DNA of 64,000 bases from contig OY970359.1 of assembly GCA_963718665.1 (NCBI GenBank), positions 352,001 to 416,000 on the forward strand, read 5' to 3'. This DNA comes from an uncultured Phycisphaerales bacterium. Lineage in GTDB: Bacteria > Planctomycetota > Phycisphaerae > Sedimentisphaerales > Anaerobacaceae. Below the pieces are notes generated by a model. It worked only from the letters and a program-made list of their open reading frames with translations. It ran no database searches and had not been told where the DNA came from. The translations under genes and the position numbers were made by a program. Positions 58,205 to 64,000 of this stretch are shown piece by piece; the first letter of the stretch is position 1, and each line of letters opens with the position of its first letter.

Positions 58205-60688
58205 GTGATAACATTTTTTTCAGTAAAAAAACGAATATCGCCGGCTTGTTCCAAAGCAGCCGAGCCGGTGAAACATCGCTGGCTGTTCTGGCTGCCTTCA
58301 ATAACAGGATTTGCTGCGCTTATATGGTTTCTCATCAGGGTAATACCAAAGCCATCACGAGCTGCATATCCCTGCCAGCGCGTTGCGTTCCCGTTAGCGT
58401 CTGGCTTCATAATCTGGCTAATGGGGTTGGCCGGTTCGGCAGTCGCGTTTCGTAAGGCAAGGCATTATTTCCTGCGGGCGAGATACATCATCGGGATGAT
58501 GTTTGTTTCCCTCAGTATCGGCTTCATCTGGATGGCGATGAGCCATACGACACCTAAAATCGTCCTCGCTGATTCGCAGCCGGCTAACGAACCAATGGGC
58601 ACTGCGCAAGGTATTTGTCCCGGTCGCGTCGTCTGGGTTCACGACGCCAACGCCACCAATGAAAACTGCACCAACACATATACCCCAGTTGAAGACGGCT
58701 GGTTTCTCCCCAAAAACAATAATCAGGCGGTGATAGATAAAATGGTCTCGCAAATGCTTCGCAGTTTGACGGGAGAAAATTCAGATGAGGCCGCATGGGA
58801 TGCCCTGTTCAAAAATTTCAACCAGACAAAGGGCAGGGGCAACGCCGGCTACTTACCAGGCCAGAAAATTATGATCAAAACAAACTTCACAAGCGCCTGG
58901 GGCTGGGGCACTGATTATCCCAATATAAACTCAACCGATTACTCAATCGTGAAAAACAGCTGGTACGGCACAGCCGAAACATCGCCGGAGGTGGTGCTCG
59001 CTTTTTTAAGGCAATTAGTGAACGTTTACGGCGTGCGCCAGCAGGATATTTCAGTCGGAGACCCGCTAAAGCATCTCTATAAACATACATACGACCTGCT
59101 GCACACGGAATTCCCGAACGTGGTCTATATCGACCACCAGTCCAGCACTTTGGGACGAACTCCGATTGTTCCCAGCGCAGCCCCTGTAATTTTTTATTCC
59201 GACCGCGGCACTATTTTACACGAAGATGGCAATTCAGCCCCGGTCTATAATGATTACCTGCCCACCTGCATCACAGAAGCCAATTATATGATTAATATCG
59301 CAGCCCTTAAAGGCCATAACAGGGCAGGCATTACTCTTTGCGCCAAGAATCATTTCGGCTCACACTGCCGTGAAGACGCCAGCCATCTTCACGAAGGACT
59401 GGTCAGTCCCGACGAAATCCACCAAACCAGGGCCGGGATGGGGTTATATAGAGTCCAGGTAGATTTGATGGGACACAAGTTCCTCGGCGGCAATACCGTG
59501 CTGAACGTTGTGGATGGACTTTGGGGTGCGCCTGAATCAATTGAAAAGCCAGAAAAATGGATATCAACCCCGTTTAATAACGACTACCCGTCAAGCATCT
59601 TTGCCTCCCAGGACCAGGTCGCCCTGGAATCTGTTTGCTTCGACTTCTTAAAAACAGAATATACTCAGGCAAATCATCCGGACAATTACTGGCCCCAGAT
59701 GGCTGGCGTGGATGACTACCTTCACCAGGCGGCGGACCCGAACAACTGGCCGGCGGATATTAACTACGACCCCGAAAACGATGGCACTCCTATCGGAAGT
59801 TTAGGTGTTCATGAGCACTGGAATGACGCCAACAATAAGCAATACACCCGCAACCTCGACCCGGTGAACGGTAAGGGCATTGAGCTGGTCAATCCCGCAT
59901 TAGACCACTATTGGGTCTCAATTACGAATTGCACCGTTTCCGCCGGCAAAAACAACATCGGCGCGATTTCAATTTCGGGCACAATGGACGTTAACGCCAA
60001 CAACCTGAATGACGCCAACAACATCACGATTACCGTTGATTCAAATGATATGCTTTCACCCTGCACCAAAATCTTCCCTGTTGACGGAAATTCATTCAAA
60101 AATGGTAAATATAGTTATGCCCTGACCAAGAGCGGAACAATAAAATCTTTCAAATACGATACGAAGACCGGAAAGTTTTCCTTTACCGCTAAAAATGTTG
60201 ACCTGTCGGGTTTGTCTTGTCCAGTAACAATGCGAATCACAATCGGCGATTCGTCCGGTGCCGGCCATGCGGGTGAAAGAATAGTCAACGGCCGCAAACC
60301 GACCCCCATAAAACTTATGCTGGGGGTCAAAAACACCCTGAGAATTGACAATTTCAAAGTTACGAAGGGTAAGAATAAATTATCCATCAATGCGGCTATC
60401 GCAGTCGAACACACAAATGTAAATCTTTCCGATGTCAACGTCACCATTACTCTTGATTCGCAGACCTTCACCATTCCCGCCGGCAGCTTTATCACAAAGA
60501 AAAATAAATTCGTCTGCACAAATGCCGCTGTTAATGAGGGCGGTTTCGCCACCGGCGTTTTCGACGCAAACAACTGCTCCTTTACTCTCACTATAAAACA
60601 AACGAACATCACCTCGCCATCGGGCTATTGGAATCTCGCCATCAAATTCGCCGATTTTAACGAATCCGGGCTGGTTTACCTGCCTTAA
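58205..60688 (+). CDS. Exported DUF362-domain protein with beta-rich C-terminal domains (start uncertain)
   Basis: RVIPKPSRAAYPCQR, GRVVWVH, LKGHNRAGITLCAKNHFGS, DQVALESV. Confidence 0.82.
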   Translation: MITFFSVKKRISPACSKAAEPVKHRWLFWLPSITGFAALIWFLIRVIPKPSRAAYPCQRVAFPLASGFIIWLMGLAGSAVAFRKARHYFLRARYIIGMMFVSLSIGFIWMAMSHTTPKIVLADSQPANEPMGTAQGICPGRVVWVHDANATNENCTNTYTPVEDGWFLPKNNNQAVIDKMVSQMLRSLTGENSDEAAWDALFKNFNQTKGRGNAGYLPGQKIMIKTNFTSAWGWGTDYPNINSTDYSIVKNSWYGTAETSPEVVLAFLRQLVNVYGVRQQDISVGDPLKHLYKHTYDLLHTEFPNVVYIDHQSSTLGRTPIVPSAAPVIFYSDRGTILHEDGNSAPVYNDYLPTCITEANYMINIAALKGHNRAGITLCAKNHFGSHCREDASHLHEGLVSPDEIHQTRAGMGLYRVQVDLMGHKFLGGNTVLNVVDGLWGAPESIEKPEKWISTPFNNDYPSSIFASQDQVALESVCFDFLKTEYTQANHPDNYWPQMAGVDDYLHQAADPNNWPADINYDPENDGTPIGSLGVHEHWNDANNKQYTRNLDPVNGKGIELVNPALDHYWVSITNCTVSAGKNNIGAISISGTMDVNANNLNDANNITITVDSNDMLSPCTKIFPVDGNSFKNGKYSYALTKSGTIKSFKYDTKTGKFSFTAKNVDLSGLSCPVTMRITIGDSSGAGHAGERIVNGRKPTPIKLMLGVKNTLRIDNFKVTKGKNKLSINAAIAVEHTNVNLSDVNVTITLDSQTFTIPAGSFITKKNKFVCTNAAVNEGGFATGVFDANNCSFTLTIKQTNITSPSGYWNLAIKFADFNESGLVYLP

Positions 60689-60904
60689 TCGCAGCCCTGA
60701 ATAATCACAAACCCCTTTTATTGCATCAAAAACATGACAAAGCCACTTTACCTTGACGTCCGGTCCGCACAATATATAATTGTAATCGTATTTTGTCGTT
60801 ATGGCGGGTTCGTCATTTTCGCTGCAATATATTAGCCGTGAAAAACGTTTCTAAGATAAGGGAAGCGATTGATATTCTGACTTTTTTTATGAAAGGGTAG
60901 ATAT

Positions 60905-62440
60905 ATGAAAACTGCGATTGTGCTTGTGATAACAACCGTGTTTGCGGTTGCCCCGCTGTATGGCGAGGACTCGACCCAGCCGCCGCCGACACCGGCGCAA
61001 GAACAACCCGAGGTTTTGACACGCGGCCCCGTTCACGAGGCGTTTGCCGAACCGGTTGACCTGAACACGCAGCCGGCTGTGGTGGCCCCGACCCAGCCGC
61101 CCGCCAATATAGTTGAAAATCCGCCCGCGGATAAGCCCGTGGGCGATCAATACGTATGGGTCCCGGGTTATTGGGCATGGGACTCTGAACGCAACGACTA
61201 CATCTGGGTCAGCGGCTGCTGGCGAGCCGCCCCGCCGGGCAGATACTGGGTGCCTGGCTACTGGTCCAAAACAGACATGGGCTGGGAATGGGTTCCCGGT
61301 TTCTGGGCACAACAGGTCAGTAATGTTCAGCAAATCGAGTATTTACCCGCCCCGCCTGTAATTGCTGATGTGGAACCGCCGGGAGCTCCGCCCACAGACG
61401 ACAATATCTGGGTGCCGCCCTGCTGGTATTGGTATCAGGGCCAGTATGTCTGGCGAAACGGTTACTGGCTTACGGCCCAGGAAGGATGGCTTTGGACGCC
61501 GTCGCATTATGTATGCACGCCGCGAGGTTATGTGTTCGCCGCCGGGTACTGGGATTACCCCCTGCGGAGGCGAGGCGTTTTGTTTGCGCCGTTTTATATC
61601 CCCAGGCATGTCTGGGAACGGCCCGGTTTCTCGCTATCACTTGGCGTCGCAGTAGATATCGGCGCACTTCAGCTCAATCTGTTCACCTGTCCGCGATACA
61701 GCCATTTCTACTTCGGCGATTACTATGATGACTTCTATATCGGCATAGGCATCTTCCCGCAGTTCGAGTGTGAAAGTCGCCATTCCTGGTATGACCCTAT
61801 TTATGAGCATGACCGATGGAGCCACAGGGCTGACCCGCGCTGGGAAGAGCACGAAAGACATGATTATGAGTTAAGACGCGCCAACAAGGATATGCGCCCG
61901 CCGCGAACGTACAACGAAATGGAACAACGAATGGCAAAATTGCCCGAGGCAAAACGAAAAGATATCCAGATGGCACGGACTATGGACAAAGTCATCGCAG
62001 ATAAGAAAACAACGATGAAATTCGAGCCGATAAAGGCCGACACCAGGCAAAAGATTTCAACCGGCGCAACCGATTTACGCAAATTCGGGGAGGAGCGAAG
62101 CAAATGGGAATCCTCACCGGCCTCAACGAAATCAGGCGGGCCAAACATAGAGCGCAGCGGTCAGACAACACAGCCGACAGGACAAAAAGCAGGCCCCGCA
62201 GCCGGTACCGATAACAAGACCAGGAACGCGTCTGTCCAGGAAACCAAACGCGGTCAGTCGGAACAGGTAAAGATTCCGTCTCCGCCGATTGTCGGCAAAC
62301 AGGAAGGATTCTTCAATAAAACCTCGCCGTCTCAACCGGACAATGAACGAAAAACCGACGTCAAACATACGCCCCAAGACGCACCCATGGACAAAGATTC
62401 GTCCAGAGACAGAGGTTCGCAAAGAGATGACCACAGATAA
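60905..62440 (+). CDS. Secreted YXWGXW-repeat protein with a charged disordered tail
   Basis: Signal peptide, RGPVHEAFA, about 8 W-V-P-G-Y-W repeats; promoter TTGACG-N16-TATAAT at 60753. Confidence 0.88.
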   Translation: MKTAIVLVITTVFAVAPLYGEDSTQPPPTPAQEQPEVLTRGPVHEAFAEPVDLNTQPAVVAPTQPPANIVENPPADKPVGDQYVWVPGYWAWDSERNDYIWVSGCWRAAPPGRYWVPGYWSKTDMGWEWVPGFWAQQVSNVQQIEYLPAPPVIADVEPPGAPPTDDNIWVPPCWYWYQGQYVWRNGYWLTAQEGWLWTPSHYVCTPRGYVFAAGYWDYPLRRRGVLFAPFYIPRHVWERPGFSLSLGVAVDIGALQLNLFTCPRYSHFYFGDYYDDFYIGIGIFPQFECESRHSWYDPIYEHDRWSHRADPRWEEHERHDYELRRANKDMRPPRTYNEMEQRMAKLPEAKRKDIQMARTMDKVIADKKTTMKFEPIKADTRQKISTGATDLRKFGEERSKWESSPASTKSGGPNIERSGQTTQPTGQKAGPAAGTDNKTRNASVQETKRGQSEQVKIPSPPIVGKQEGFFNKTSPSQPDNERKTDVKHTPQDAPMDKDSSRDRGSQRDDHR

Positions 62441-62705
62441 ACAATTGTTAGCGGCGCAAAAATTGTGGCAAAATAACAGCGGCAGTAATGGGAAACAAAC
62501 CATTGCTGCCGCTTTACTTTTTGCCGTCTGCCCGATTGTGCTGATTTCTCCGGGAATCACTTTAACAGGGTTTAAATCTTTCCGTTTTCCCTTGACTGTC
62601 TGTCCGCAAAACCTATGATTAAAACCGTCTTGTGCGGGGGTACACGCAGCAGAACCAGCCGCATTTTGTGGAACGAAAAAATCAAAAGAATACGGGTTAT
62701 ATGCT

Positions 62706-64000
62706 GTGGATTCAGGACATCGCGAAAAGCGGGTAAAACTGCTCATATGCATCGGCCTTGTGGCAGCCACATTTGCCACGTATGAGCCGACACTGCATAA
62801 CGGCTTCGTCAATTACGACGACGATAGATACATAACCCAGAATCCTCGCATAACCAAGGGGATAACGCAGGATTCCGTCGTCTGGGCATTTACACAGCCG
62901 CACTACTATATGTGGCATCCTCTCACCACGCTAAGCCATATACTGGATTGCCAGCTTTTTGGCCTGAATGCGTCCTGGCATCACCTTGTCAGCTTGTTGA
63001 TTCATATTGTCAACGCCCTGCTTGTGTTTTGGGTTCTCACCAATTTAACAGGGTCAATCTGGCCCGGCGCATTCATCGCGGCGGTATTTGCGCTGCACCC
63101 GATGCAGGTGGAATCGGTGGCGTGGGCAGCCGAGCGAAAGACGGTGCTAAGCGGATTATTCTGGTTTCTAACAATATCCGTTTATATCTGGTACACAAAA
63201 CGGCCGGGCACAGCACGATATATATTGCTGTTTCTGGTCTTTGGCCTTTGTATTATGACCAAACCCGTCGTCGTAACGCTTCCACTTGCCCTGCTTTTGC
63301 TGGACTACTGGCCTCTTGAACGGGTCAAATGGGAACTCAGCATTAAACCTTTAACTCCAAACGCCCAGGCCAAGCGAAAGATATCGGCTGCACTATTGAT
63401 AATAGAAAAAATACCTTTGCTTATATTGTCCGCTGTGCTGGCCATGGTAACATTCATCTCGCAACAAACCGGAGATGTGGTCAGCTCGCTTGAAATACTG
63501 CCTCTCAACCTCAGAATCGCCAACGTATTTATTTCCTACATAAAATATATCGGCAAAATAATTTGGCCGAGCGGACTGGCAGTTATTTATCCATATTTTA
63601 ACTTAAATCTTACAGACGCCACGGTGATTATTTGCACCCTGTTGTTTGTCCTGGCAACAATTTTCTGCATCTATATAGGCCGTCGCAGAAAGTATGTACT
63701 GGTCGGCTGGCTGTGGTATGTAGGGACGCTCGTCCCGATGATCGGACTTGTTCAGGTCGGTGCGCAGTCGATGGCCAACCGGTATATGTATATATCGATT
63801 CTGGGTCTGCTTGTCATTGCGGTCTTCGCCGTCAAAGAGTTTGTTGCCGACAACGTTCGCCGGAAAATTTTGGTCGCTGTATCAGCCGCAGGTTTGCTGT
63901 TTACCCTCGGTATTCTCACCCACATGCAGGTCAAACACTGGCAGAATGACTTCACTCTATTCGGATACGCCATTGAAGTCACCGAAAATAACGTTGTCGC
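62706..64000 (+). CDS. TMTC-like GT-C membrane glycosyltransferase (usually with TPR), partial
   Basis: GTG start; FVNYDDDRYITQNP, WHPLT, FALHPMQVESVAWAAERK, LMTKP, ANRYMY; runs off the window end. Confidence 0.85.
   Translation, partial: MDSGHREKRVKLLICIGLVAATFATYEPTLHNGFVNYDDDRYITQNPRITKGITQDSVVWAFTQPHYYMWHPLTTLSHILDCQLFGLNASWHHLVSLLIHIVNALLVFWVLTNLTGSIWPGAFIAAVFALHPMQVESVAWAAERKTVLSGLFWFLTISVYIWYTKRPGTARYILLFLVFGLCIMTKPVVVTLPLALLLLDYWPLERVKWELSIKPLTPNAQAKRKISAALLIIEKIPLLILSAVLAMVTFISQQTGDVVSSLEILPLNLRIANVFISYIKYIGKIIWPSGLAVIYPYFNLNLTDATVIICTLLFVLATIFCIYIGRRRKYVLVGWLWYVGTLVPMIGLVQVGAQSMANRYMYISILGLLVIAVFAVKEFVADNVRRKILVAVSAAGLLFTLGILTHMQVKHWQNDFTLFGYAIEVTENNVV

Noticed and set aside
55384..62440. 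tRNA-Thr-anchored genomic island or prophage
   Set aside because: No integrase and no duplicated tRNA 3' end found in the window

Overview
64-kb chromosomal segment of an anaerobic bacterium, most likely Planctomycetota / Phycisphaerae (Sedimentisphaerales-like). This taxonomy is inferred from the prepilin-like proteins, DUF1080, dockerin-like tails, PEP-CTERM tails and the long SecA. Housekeeping genes are avtA, tyrS, pyrD, mnmG, acpS, purE, groES/EL, nrdJ, secA, rnr, rpsT, glyA, tRNA-Phe and tRNA-Thr. Anaerobic metabolism is represented by cobA-hemD plus ahbC (siroheme route to haem) and a Rex-led group 3b [NiFe]-hydrogenase operon. Many secreted proteins are interspersed. The most unusual signals are: (1) a 527-bp transposase-less element with 33-bp inverted ends built from 7-nt repeats, carrying a four-helix-bundle (23S-IVP/Avd-like) ORF and sitting exactly between the predicted secA promoter and the secA ATG; (2) many related 'empty' 7-mer and 9-mer periodic hairpins or arrays that fill intergenic gaps from stop codon to start codon; (3) 22-30 nt REP-like elements nested inside those arrays and apparently inserted in frame inside two genes; (4) two orphan PEP-CTERM tails; (5) strong enrichment of D-x-N / D-P-C tripeptides in exported proteins, a possible lineage-specific modification sequon; (6) a sigma54-type promoter driving a receiver-domain gene and groESL. 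All family assignments come from motif recognition by eye, with no database searches.
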